DNA of 32,000 nt, from assembly GCA_023408315.1 (NCBI GenBank), contig JAEYKI010000015.1, positions 8,985-40,984 on the forward strand, written 5' to 3'. The position numbers were made by a program, and so were the translations under genes. Positions within the stretch are counted from its first letter, which is position 1. The number at the start of each line of letters is the position of its first letter. Below the pieces are notes generated by a model. The model was not told the DNA's origin. It was given only the letters and a program-made list of their open reading frames with translations, and searched no databases. Below, in pieces: positions 18,694 through 27,436 of the stretch. Origin of the DNA: Bacillota bacterium. GTDB taxonomy: Bacteria; Bacillota; Clostridia; Christensenellales; Christensenellaceae.

Positions 18694-18987
18694 ATGAAAC
18701 ATAAATATCTAAAAAATGTTGCGACTCTGAATTTATCAGTTGAGAAATGCATCGGCTGCGGAAGGTGCGCCGAGGTTTGCCCGCACCGCGTATTCGGCGT
18801 TAACGAGGGAAAAGCGCAGATAAAAGACAAAAATAGCTGCATGGAATGTGGCGCGTGCGCAAAGAATTGCCCTGCAGACGCAATTTCTGTGGAGGCGAGC
18901 GTTGGATGCGCGGCTGCAATTATCAAGAGTTGGTTTACCGGAGAGGAACCCAGTTGCGACTGCTCGGGTGGCGGAGACTGCTGCTGA
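18694..18987 (+). CDS. hgcB: HgcB, 2[4Fe-4S] ferredoxin partner of HgcA
   Basis: 97 aa; CIGCGRCAEVCP and CMECGACAKNCP clusters, C-terminal CC pair, immediately downstream of hgcA. Confidence 0.94.
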   Translation: MKHKYLKNVATLNLSVEKCIGCGRCAEVCPHRVFGVNEGKAQIKDKNSCMECGACAKNCPADAISVEASVGCAAAIIKSWFTGEEPSCDCSGGGDCC

Positions 18988-19045
18988 AATGCAGTGATAA
19001 GCCCCGACTTTAGTGTATTGGTGATAGAAGGCAGGGAGATACTCT

Positions 19046-20719
19046 TTGAGGATTATTATTATTGGAGCGGTTGCCGCGGGTACTTCCGCCGCCGCAAAAG
19101 CAAGGCGGAATACCGAAGAGGCTGAGATTACAATATACGAAAAAGACCGGTATATATCCTACTCAGGATGCGGTATGCCTTATTACCTGGGGGGAGAAGT
19201 GGAAGAAGAAGCCGAACTGTATCCGCGTGATCCCGCGTTTTTTAAAACAAAATACAACGTGGATATACATACGGGGCATGAAGTAATTTCTGTTGATCCT
19301 GCGACAAAGACACTGCAGGTAAAAGATTTGGCAAATGGGCAGATATTCAACGATACCTACGACAAGTTCCTGTTTGCAACGGGAGCCATCGCTGCGGTTC
19401 CACCCATTAAAGGCGCAGACCGGGACAATGCTTTTGTTCTGCGCAACATTAGGGATATGCAGGCGATTGATGCTTATATCGAGAAAAATGCGCCCCAAAA
19501 TGCTGTGATTATCGGGACCGGTTTTATTGGCATGGAAATGTGCGAGAGCCTGGTGAACCGGGGTATCCATGTTACATTACTGGAAAAGCAGCAAACGATA
19601 TCTCCCTGGCTGGACCGTGATATGTCTGCCCATTTAAAGAAGTACCTGGACTTAAAAGGCGTTGGTCATATAACCGGCATTTCTGTTGAGCAGATTACGG
19701 AAAATCAGGTTTTGCTTGCAAACGGAGAGGAGATACCGGCGGATTTGGTGCTGCTGGCTGCAGGCATTATTCCCAATACAGCGCTTGCCGGCAAAACAGG
19801 AATTCAGTTGGGAACTACTGGGGCCATAGCCGTTAATGAGCGCATGGAAACAAGCCTTAAGGATATTTATGCCTGCGGAGACTGTATAGAAGTTGAAAAT
19901 ATCATAAGCGGCAAGCCGGTGTACTGCCCACTGGGATCAACGGCAAACAAGACAGGAAGGATAGCGGGCGACCGGATGACTGGCGGCGACCTGATTTTCA
20001 GAGGAGTACTTGGTACGGGAATCTACAAGGTATTCGACATGACGGTAGCCAAGACAGGGCTTGGAGAAGAACAGGCCAAATTGGAAGGAATTGAGACATC
20101 AGTATGCCACAACATCAAACCGAACAGGCCTGAGTATATGCACGGGCAGGAGATGGTCATTAAGGCTGTTGCGGATAAAAAGACAGGCAGATTACTGGGC
20201 GTTCAGATAATCGGCTACGCGGGTGTTGCCAAGCGGATAGATGTATTTGCGACGGCAATGACCTACGGTGCAAAAGCAGAGGACCTGTTTCATCTGGACC
20301 TCGCGTACGCGCCGCCGTTCGCCACCACCAAAGACCCGGTGCATTATACCGGAATGATACTTGATAACACAATACGGCAAAACAGCCCGCTGATTACGCC
20401 GGATGAGCTGCATGCCTTGATGAAATCAGGTGAGCGCTGCGTGATCATTGATACCAGGGCGCAAAGCACGTATGAAAAAGGGCATATCAAATCTGCAATC
20501 AATATACCGCTGGCAGACCTGAGGGCAGCTTTAAGCGGAATAGAAAAGAATGTGTCTGTCATAACCTACTGCAACAAGGGCGTGACCGGAAACGCGGCGC
20601 AGAATGTATTGATCGGCAGGGGATTTAAAATGGTTTATAACCTTTCGGGCGGATATAAAAATTTTAGTACGATGTATCCGGATGAAAATGAAAATACCAA
20701 ATCCGGTTTTGTACAATAA
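19046..20719 (+). CDS. FAD-dependent pyridine nucleotide-disulfide oxidoreductase (CoA-disulfide reductase-like) with C-terminal rhodanese domain
   Basis: 557 aa; [21 protein letters not shown], active site-like [43 protein letters not shown], rhodanese [24 protein letters not shown]...[17 protein letters not shown]. Confidence 0.9.
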   Translation: MRIIIIGAVAAGTSAAAKARRNTEEAEITIYEKDRYISYSGCGMPYYLGGEVEEEAELYPRDPAFFKTKYNVDIHTGHEVISVDPATKTLQVKDLANGQIFNDTYDKFLFATGAIAAVPPIKGADRDNAFVLRNIRDMQAIDAYIEKNAPQNAVIIGTGFIGMEMCESLVNRGIHVTLLEKQQTISPWLDRDMSAHLKKYLDLKGVGHITGISVEQITENQVLLANGEEIPADLVLLAAGIIPNTALAGKTGIQLGTTGAIAVNERMETSLKDIYACGDCIEVENIISGKPVYCPLGSTANKTGRIAGDRMTGGDLIFRGVLGTGIYKVFDMTVAKTGLGEEQAKLEGIETSVCHNIKPNRPEYMHGQEMVIKAVADKKTGRLLGVQIIGYAGVAKRIDVFATAMTYGAKAEDLFHLDLAYAPPFATTKDPVHYTGMILDNTIRQNSPLITPDELHALMKSGERCVIIDTRAQSTYEKGHIKSAINIPLADLRAALSGIEKNVSVITYCNKGVTGNAAQNVLIGRGFKMVYNLSGGYKNFSTMYPDENENTKSGFVQ

Positions 20720-20739
20720 ATAGTGGGGAGGATATTGCA

Positions 20740-21822
20740 ATGGATAAAAATAAAGAAGTCAGATTATCTTTTTTAGACCGGTTTCTTACACTGTGGATAT
20801 TTATCGCAATGGCCGCAGGCGTACTTGGAGGTTTTTTATTTCCGGGGCTTTCAAAGACGCTGGAGGGAATGAGTACCGGTACGATTTCATGGCCTATCGC
20901 AATGGGACTTATTGTTATGATGTACCCGCCCCTGGCGAAGATCAAGTATGAGGAAATAGGCAAGGTAGCCAGGAACAAAAAGGTGCTGGGGCTTTCTCTC
21001 ATCCAAAACTGGCTCGTAGGCCCTGTGCTCATGTTTGTGCTTGCGATCCTGCTGTTGCATGATCTGCCCAATTATGCAATAGGCCTCATCGTCATTGGCC
21101 TTGCCCGGTGCATCGCAATGGTGATCGTTTGGAATACGCTGGCCAAAGGTGACAACGAATACTGCGCTGCGCTGGTCGCTTTGAATTCCATTTTCCAGAT
21201 CATATTCTATTCGGTATATATCTACATATTTGTAACTGTGCTGCCGCAGTGGCTTGGGCTTTCCTGGGGCGGGACGGTTGTCAACGTCTCTATTCTGGAC
21301 GTTGCCAAAAGCGTATTGATTTATTTAGGTATTCCTTTTGCAGGAGGGTTTTTGACCCGTTTTCTGACACTTAAGAAAAAGAGCAAAGAGTGGTATGAAA
21401 AGAAGTTTCTTCCCAAGATATCGCCAATCGCGCTGATCGCGCTGCTGTATACGATTGTTGTGATGTTCATCCTGAAGGGCGAGTTTATAATCTCCTTACC
21501 GTACATTGTGCTCAGGATCGCTATTCCGCTGCTGATCTATTTTGCGGTAATGTTCCTGGTCAGCTTCTATATGTCATACAAGAAGGGCTTACCTTACAAT
21601 CAAACTGTTACTCTTTCTTTCACTGCCGCCAGTAACAATTTTGAGCTGGCCATTGCGGTCGCGGTTGCGGTGTTTGGTATCGCTTCGGACCAGGCCTTTG
21701 CAGCGGTAATCGGTCCTCTGATTGAAGTGCCGGTAATGATCTCACTGGTAAATGTAGCGATGCGTTTTAGAAAAAAATATTTTGATGAGACTGGTATGCC
21801 CCTATCAAAACAAGTCAAATAA
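20740..21822 (+). CDS. acr3: Arsenite efflux permease, Acr3 family (ArsB/Acr3 superfamily)
   Basis: 360 aa, multiple TMs; [109 protein letters not shown]. Confidence 0.93.
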   Translation: MDKNKEVRLSFLDRFLTLWIFIAMAAGVLGGFLFPGLSKTLEGMSTGTISWPIAMGLIVMMYPPLAKIKYEEIGKVARNKKVLGLSLIQNWLVGPVLMFVLAILLLHDLPNYAIGLIVIGLARCIAMVIVWNTLAKGDNEYCAALVALNSIFQIIFYSVYIYIFVTVLPQWLGLSWGGTVVNVSILDVAKSVLIYLGIPFAGGFLTRFLTLKKKSKEWYEKKFLPKISPIALIALLYTIVVMFILKGEFIISLPYIVLRIAIPLLIYFAVMFLVSFYMSYKKGLPYNQTVTLSFTAASNNFELAIAVAVAVFGIASDQAFAAVIGPLIEVPVMISLVNVAMRFRKKYFDETGMPLSKQVK

Positions 21823-21983
21823 AATTAAATTCATATGATTTCGCAACTAAAAGGGTTCCGCTGCGCTTCTTACAATAGTAAGGGAACATCTATGCTCAAT
21901 CTTACAGAAAATAATAGATCAAGGAACCATATCCTTGATCTATTAAATCTACCAACGCCACAAAAGAAATGTCTGCAGAGATA

Positions 21984-22619
21984 TTATCTTTTTAATTGAA
22001 GATCAAACTGCTTCATATATTCTTTTTCTTCATCAGTATATTTGCGCAGTGTATCAATGACTTTACCGTTGTTCCATTTGCGATCAATAATTTCATCGCT
22101 GGTACCCATAACGGTAATATTCAACTGGCGATGACGGGCACGCACATGATCCCAATCAATAAAATAAATGTGGGCGAATTCGCCTCCATCCAGTTCTCCA
22201 TCTTTGATCGTCATTGTTTCACTTCGCCCAAAGAATACGGAGCGCAGGTGCCCATCGGTATTCATACTCGTAAAGTCTCCCGGTTCGCCGACGTGACGGC
22301 CAAACTGGGCATGAATTGGGCCCGGATGACGGTATTGGTGCTCTTCAGCAAAATCCGGAATCATTTTTCTCATAATATCAAGTAAATCGTGCTGCAGGTA
22401 CTCTAGATCAAATGAATCTATATCGTGCGAGCATTCTTGCACCATAACGCTGCAAGTCGTGTGGTGGGACGCGATGCAGCAAGTGCCGTTTTTTATGCCT
22501 GAAGCAGCAATAATTTCGCGCACCTCTTTCGACACATCGTGAAATGTTGGTATCCATCCCCTGGACTGTAGTTCCAGCTCCTTTTGAACGACTTTAAAAT
22601 CCATCTTTTCGACCTCCAA
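21984..22619 (-). CDS. YjbQ / UPF0047 family protein
   Basis: 211 aa; NGTCCIASHHTTCSVMVQE, HPDGHLRS-like MNTDGHLRSVFFGRSETMTIKDGELDGGEFAHIYFIDWDHVRARHRQLNITVMG. Confidence 0.75.
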   Translation of the reverse strand: MEVEKMDFKVVQKELELQSRGWIPTFHDVSKEVREIIAASGIKNGTCCIASHHTTCSVMVQECSHDIDSFDLEYLQHDLLDIMRKMIPDFAEEHQYRHPGPIHAQFGRHVGEPGDFTSMNTDGHLRSVFFGRSETMTIKDGELDGGEFAHIYFIDWDHVRARHRQLNITVMGTSDEIIDRKWNNGKVIDTLRKYTDEEKEYMKQFDLQLKR

Positions 22620-22637
22620 AAACTTAAAAATTATTAT

Positions 22638-23339
22638 TTATAAATATAATTCATCCCAAGCGCGCCGTACTGAACTGATCATCTCTTCAACCATGGCTGC
22701 CCGGTCGGGAGCGTTTGTAACTCCGCTGGAAGAGCCTGTTGCATCTGCGCCGGAACGAATTACATTATATACGTCTTGCCCATTGCTGATTCCAGCTGCC
22801 TGCAGCACCAGAATCTTGGAGTTAATATTTTTAATGGCAGAAGTTGTTGCCGCTATATAATCAGTGCTGCTCGTTTTGCCTGTTCCAATCAATTCGGATG
22901 GTTCCGCAACTATGATATTTGGGCCAAGGCATGCAACTGCTTTGGCTTCTGCAATTGAATCTGCGCAGACAATTGTAGTGAGTCCGACTTCATCGGCCCT
23001 TTTAATGGTTTGATTTAAAACGCTAAGGGACAGTGGCTTTTCGCAATGGTTGAGCATGACCCCGGTTGCGCCGGCGGCAACCAAGGACTCGGCGAGTGTA
23101 TCGGCCAAACCGCGGCCAGGGCGCAAAGGATCCATATGGGGAGCAAAAATAAAAATACGTTCGGTTGCTTCTGCAATCCGGCGAATATCCACAACCGGTG
23201 TAGTAAAGATGATATCAACGTCATATTTTTTAGCAGCTGCATCGGCAGCCTTGGCTAAAGTCAGGACGTCATCTCCATAAAGATAGGACTTTGGTCCGAT
23301 TTCAAAAAAAGGGGGCTTTATTTGCGAATTCTTATTCAT
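22638..23339 (-). CDS. Triosephosphate isomerase-family protein (archaeal-type TIM paralog)
   Basis: MNKNSQIKPPFFEIGPKSYLYGDDVLTLAKAAD...ESLVAAGATGVMLNHCEKPL...IVCADSIAEAKAVACLGPNIIVAEPSELIGTGK...VLQAAGISNGQDVYNVIRSGADATGSSSGV. Track start at 23348 adds MCT; ATG 23339 is also possible. Confidence 0.82.
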   Translation of the reverse strand: MNKNSQIKPPFFEIGPKSYLYGDDVLTLAKAADAAAKKYDVDIIFTTPVVDIRRIAEATERIFIFAPHMDPLRPGRGLADTLAESLVAAGATGVMLNHCEKPLSLSVLNQTIKRADEVGLTTIVCADSIAEAKAVACLGPNIIVAEPSELIGTGKTSSTDYIAATTSAIKNINSKILVLQAAGISNGQDVYNVIRSGADATGSSSGVTNAPDRAAMVEEMISSVRRAWDELYL

Positions 23340-23422
23340 CGTGCACATCCTTTTTTATTGTTTTTAATTATTATAAAAAAAACAAAAAAATAAGTCAATA
23401 ATATTTTCTAAAAATTTTCGTA

Positions 23423-23467
23423 TTGATTTCCTATACAAAAAATATTATAATATAAACAATATTTTGT
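23423..23467 (+). promoter_or_regulatory. Promoter with inverted repeat around the -10, upstream of the SIS-DeoR-MFS genes
   Basis: TTGATT (23423-23428), 17-bp spacer, TATAAT (23446-23451); IR arms acaaaaaatatt (23435-23446) / aatattttgt (23458-23467). Confidence 0.5.
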
Positions 23468-23510
23468 AAAAAATGTTGAAGCCACAAAGATTAAAGGGAG
23501 GCTGTTCAGG

Positions 23511-24107
23511 ATGGATGCAGCAATGGAACAGGCAAAAGAATCATTTAAGATTGAAGCTGATTGTTTATATGAACAATTCAAATATATTGATGAGAAAGAA
23601 TTTACGCGTGCTATAGATGCGCTGGCAACGGCGGAAAGAATTGGAGCCAGCGGTTGCGGCCATTCAGGGATTGCATGCCAACATTTTGCCCATTTGATGT
23701 GTTGTATAGAGCGGCCTGCGCGTTTTATTTCTCCGGCTGAAGCTGTTCATGGGGCTATGGGCTTTATTAAGAAAGGCGATATTATGCTGCTTGCGTCCAG
23801 AGGCGGTAAGACGAAGGAACTTCTTCCTATTATGGAAGTTTGCAAAGAAAAACAAGCCACTGTCATTGCTTTGACTGAAAATATAAATTCTCCGCTTGCA
23901 AAAGGCGCCGATATCGTAATTGCCATGCATGTCAGCCGCGAAACGGATAAGTACAACAGTCAGGGGACGACAAGCTTTATAGTTCTTTCGGCAATTTTTG
24001 ATGCTCTGCAATCTGCTTTGGTAGAGAAAACAAATTACCAAAATGAGCAATTTGCATTGATTCATCCGGGCGGCGCCGTTGGAGAACGTCTGAATCAAGA
24101 AAAATAA
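23511..24107 (+). CDS. SIS-domain phosphosugar isomerase/binding protein (KpsF/GutQ-like)
   Basis: 198 aa; ERIGASGCGHSGIACQHFAHLM, GDIMLLASRGGKTKELLPIMEVCKEKQATVIALTENINSPLAKGADIVI. Confidence 0.82.
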   Translation: MDAAMEQAKESFKIEADCLYEQFKYIDEKEFTRAIDALATAERIGASGCGHSGIACQHFAHLMCCIERPARFISPAEAVHGAMGFIKKGDIMLLASRGGKTKELLPIMEVCKEKQATVIALTENINSPLAKGADIVIAMHVSRETDKYNSQGTTSFIVLSAIFDALQSALVEKTNYQNEQFALIHPGGAVGERLNQEK

Positions 24108-24192
24108 GAAATTAGTTTCGAAATGGTTCGTATTGTGATATGGTGAAAATATATAAATTGATTGATTATATTTATATTTTGGAGGGGATAAA

Positions 24193-24978
24193 ATGGCAGT
24201 GGGAGACTTGAAGATAGATGCGCGCAGAAACAAAATTTTAGAGATTTTAAACCGTGACGGGCAAGTACGGGTAACGCAGCTCAGCGAAGAACTGGGAGCC
24301 ACAACGGTTACGATCCGTAGTGATTTAGACGCTCTGGAGCAGGATGGATACCTTGAACGTATTCAGGGCGGCGCTGTTCAGACTGTAAGAAACTATTATA
24401 ATTTAGAATTTCTGAGAAGAAAACAGGAGAACAGTGAAGCAAAAAAAAGCATTGCATCGGCGGCAGCCGATATAATTCGCGACGGTGATACAATTTTAAT
24501 CAATTCCGGTACCACCACGTATTATACTGCGATTGAACTGAAAAAACGTAAAAAATTAAATATCGTTACAAACTCGCTAATGGTTGCTTCGGAGCTAGGG
24601 GCTTATCCGACTTTCCGGGTTATTTTATTGGGCGGAGAGATTAATACGCAGTATTCTTTTACCTATGGCAGTGATGCGCAAGAGCAACTGAGACAATATA
24701 AGGCTGAATATGCGATTTTATCAATGGATGGCGTTTGTTTTGAAAATGGATTAACTACATACCATGCGGAAGAAGCGGTAATAAACCGAATTATGATGGA
24801 TCGGGCAAAAAAGACGGTGATCGTTGCGGACAGCCGTAAACTGGGACGTGAAGGATTCTTACATGTATCTGATCTTTCAAATATGGATATTCTGGTTACG
24901 GATCAAGAAGCAGATTTGCAATTCTTAAGCAGGCTTCAGGAAAAGAAAGTAGAGGTTTTTTACGGAAAAGACGAGTAG
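24193..24978 (+). CDS. DeoR-family transcriptional regulator
   Basis: 261 aa; RRNKILEILNRDGQVRVTQLSEELGATTVTIRSDLDALEQDGYLERIQGGAV, sensor domain LINSGTTTYYTAIEL. Confidence 0.93.
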   Translation: MAVGDLKIDARRNKILEILNRDGQVRVTQLSEELGATTVTIRSDLDALEQDGYLERIQGGAVQTVRNYYNLEFLRRKQENSEAKKSIASAAADIIRDGDTILINSGTTTYYTAIELKKRKKLNIVTNSLMVASELGAYPTFRVILLGGEINTQYSFTYGSDAQEQLRQYKAEYAILSMDGVCFENGLTTYHAEEAVINRIMMDRAKKTVIVADSRKLGREGFLHVSDLSNMDILVTDQEADLQFLSRLQEKKVEVFYGKDE

Positions 24979-24982
24979 ATGG

Positions 24983-26134
24983 ATGCCGGTATTTTTGTCA
25001 GCATGCTTAATGCTTTTTATTGGGTTTGAAGTAGGAGGATTTCAGTTCGTTCTATCTGATATTTCAAGAGAATTCAACACAACGAAAATCGGTATGGGAT
25101 TTTTGGCGGCGGCACAATATATGAGCGTTATTGTAATGCCGCTTTTCTTTGGCAGGTTGGCAGATAAAACAGGCAAAAAGCCCATGCTGGTAGGTTTCGT
25201 CATTGTTTTTATTTTAGGGTGTGCAATAGCAGCGCTGTCGGGTTCCGTTTGGATATTTATTATTGGGGCTTTCTTGATCGGCGCAGGTTATAGCGTTTGT
25301 GAAAGCGTAAGTTCTGCACTGATTACGGATTTATATCCTGAAAAGAATATAAGGTATATCAATATATGCCAATGTATGCTTAGCGTAGGCGCGGTTCTAG
25401 GCCCTGTTATTGTTAATTGGGGCATAAAAAATTCAAGCTGGCGTACGCTGTTTTTTATATGCGCAGCCGCCTATTTATTTCTGCTGTTTCTCTTAATTAA
25501 AACCAAAATTCCCTTAAGTGATAGCCGGAATAAAACTGAAAACATCTTTAAAATTGGAAAATTTATGAAATCTCCCGTCTTTGTAATATTGCTTGTATTG
25601 ATTATTTTGTATGTCGGGCTTGAAAATGGAATCGGATATTTTACAGAGACTTTGTTTTATTCAAAATTCTCGCAAGCCAGCCTTGGAGCTTATGCAATTT
25701 CCGCATATTGGATAGGGATGGCTGCATCCCGCCTGGTGAGCGGAACCAGAAGGCAGCCGCATTACCGTGTATTGCTTGTATGTTTTATGCTCGCCTGTGC
25801 ATTGTTTGCGGTGCTGGCTTTTTCTCAGGAAGTTTACCTTTCGCTTGCCGTATGCGCTCTAACAGGCGCGGCATTTGGTCCTATCTGGTCAACTTTAATA
25901 GGATTGGCGGCAAAACAATTCCCTCAAAATACAGGCGAATCTGTAGGGCTAATGAGTTCGGGGTGTGGATTGGGCGGAGCTGTTTATCCTGTTTTAATGG
26001 GGATAATGGCAGATTGCTTTAATATAAGCACCGCCTTTTTGTTTTTAGCGGCGACGGCGCTTGCGGGAGGGGTAGTGTGCGTTGTGCTGATTACTTTCAA
26101 ACTGAAGAAACCTAACAATGCGGCGCTTCAATGA
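24983..26134 (+). CDS. MFS transporter
   Basis: 383 aa; FVLSDISREFNTTKIGMGFLAAAQYMSVIVMPLFFGRLADKTGKKPMLV, multiple TMs. Confidence 0.9.
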   Translation: MPVFLSACLMLFIGFEVGGFQFVLSDISREFNTTKIGMGFLAAAQYMSVIVMPLFFGRLADKTGKKPMLVGFVIVFILGCAIAALSGSVWIFIIGAFLIGAGYSVCESVSSALITDLYPEKNIRYINICQCMLSVGAVLGPVIVNWGIKNSSWRTLFFICAAAYLFLLFLLIKTKIPLSDSRNKTENIFKIGKFMKSPVFVILLVLIILYVGLENGIGYFTETLFYSKFSQASLGAYAISAYWIGMAASRLVSGTRRQPHYRVLLVCFMLACALFAVLAFSQEVYLSLAVCALTGAAFGPIWSTLIGLAAKQFPQNTGESVGLMSSGCGLGGAVYPVLMGIMADCFNISTAFLFLAATALAGGVVCVVLITFKLKKPNNAALQ

Positions 26135-26169
26135 TTGAAATTTGATATAAGAATTACAACATGATCAAG

Positions 26170-26204
26170 AAAACCGGCAAACGAAAATTTATGGCCGGTT
26201 TTTT
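26170..26204 (+). terminator. Rho-independent terminator after the MFS gene
   Basis: aaaaccggc-aaacgaaaatttatg-gccggtttttt. Confidence 0.8.
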
Positions 26205-26448
26205 CGTTAATTAACCAAAAAATTCACTTAAAATATTTTTTTCTTGCAATTAAATAATGTATAAAAAAGCGCAAAAAAACAAACCATCTAATAATATTTG
26301 CGATTAAATAAAAATAAAAAATTAATAGAAAGAAAAATGAAAATATTACTTGCATTTTAGAAATATATAATTTAGAATGAGCTTATTGCTACTGGCGAAA
26401 TATTTCGTGAATACACTTAACTTGTTAATATTAATGGAGGAGACAGTA

Positions 26449-27423
26449 ATGGGGAACGCAGACAAGTCTAATAGTTGGTTGAGTAAAATATTCAGTATAA
26501 GAGAAATGGGAGTAATTATTCCTTTAATTGTTGCGGTTATTATCTTTTCGTTTGGGAACAATTTCATGACCGTTGGAAACATGACGGATGTTTTGAGGAC
26601 TACTTCATTTACTTTTATTACCGCGATTGGAATGGCATATTTGATGATCTCGGGAGGATGGGACTTGTCGGTCGGCGCGGTTTATGCACTTGCCGGCGTT
26701 GTTTGCGGCCTTCTTATGACGGCGGGCATTCCAATTCCTCTGGCAATTGCTATTTCTTTGTTGGTTGGCGTCGCCGTAGGCTGTGTCAATGGTTTTTTTG
26801 TACAGGTTGTTAATCTGAATCCTTTTATAGCCACCATGGCAACAATGTATTTGGCCAGAGGGTTTGTGCTTGGTTTTCAAAAAGGCCAAGCGGTTTATCC
26901 TCTTCCCGACGGCTTTAATGCAATAGGTCAGGGCAGTTTGATGATTGGTACTATTGGTATCCCTTATGTGGTCATTATTGCGGTTGCCCTGGGTGTTATT
27001 GCTACTCTGGTATTAAGGTATACGGTATATGGCCGAATGCTCTTCGCGGTTGGCGGTAATGTGGAAGCTGCTCGTTTGGCGGGTATCCCTACAAATAAAA
27101 TTCGTTATAGCGCATATGTGCTGACTGGTTTACTTGCCGCATTGACCGGTATATTAATGGCGGCACGCTTGGGTTCGGGCCAGCCAAACGTAGGCTCCGG
27201 CTTTGAAATGACTGTTATTGCAGCCTGTGTTATCGGCGGTGTAAGCTTAGCCGGTGGTGTAGGAAAAATATATGGCGCATTTTTAGGTGCTGTATTTATG
27301 GCGATGATTTCAAACGGTATGACCATTATTCAGATATCCTCTTATTGGCAACAGTTGGTTCTCGGTATTGTATTGTTATTGGCTTGTTCTTTGGAATATT
27401 TTAGAATCCGCTTTAAAAAATAA
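26449..27423 (+). CDS. ABC sugar transporter permease (RbsC-like)
   Basis: MGNADKSNSWLSKIFSIREMGVIIPLIVAVIIFSFG...GWDLSVGAVYALAGVVCG...VGCVNGFFVQVVNLNPFIATMATMYLARGF...GGVSLAGGVGKIYGAFLGAVFM. Start chosen at ATG 26449 after tggagg RBS rather than 26377. Confidence 0.93.
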   Translation: MGNADKSNSWLSKIFSIREMGVIIPLIVAVIIFSFGNNFMTVGNMTDVLRTTSFTFITAIGMAYLMISGGWDLSVGAVYALAGVVCGLLMTAGIPIPLAIAISLLVGVAVGCVNGFFVQVVNLNPFIATMATMYLARGFVLGFQKGQAVYPLPDGFNAIGQGSLMIGTIGIPYVVIIAVALGVIATLVLRYTVYGRMLFAVGGNVEAARLAGIPTNKIRYSAYVLTGLLAALTGILMAARLGSGQPNVGSGFEMTVIAACVIGGVSLAGGVGKIYGAFLGAVFMAMISNGMTIIQISSYWQQLVLGIVLLLACSLEYFRIRFKK

Positions 27424-27436
27424 GGGAGGGTTTACT

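Noticed and set aside
17112-21822. Classical mer operon (merR/merA/merB/merT/merP)
   Set aside because: No mercuric reductase, organomercurial lyase or MerT/P is present; the oxidoreductase is CoA-disulfide-reductase-like, without the MerA C-terminal Cys pair.
21894-22001. Mini-ORF MLNLTENNRSRNHILDLLNLPTPQKKCLQRYYLFN
   Set aside because: Too short and overlaps the 3' end of the YjbQ-like gene; possibly a mobile-element remnant but no matching copy in the window.
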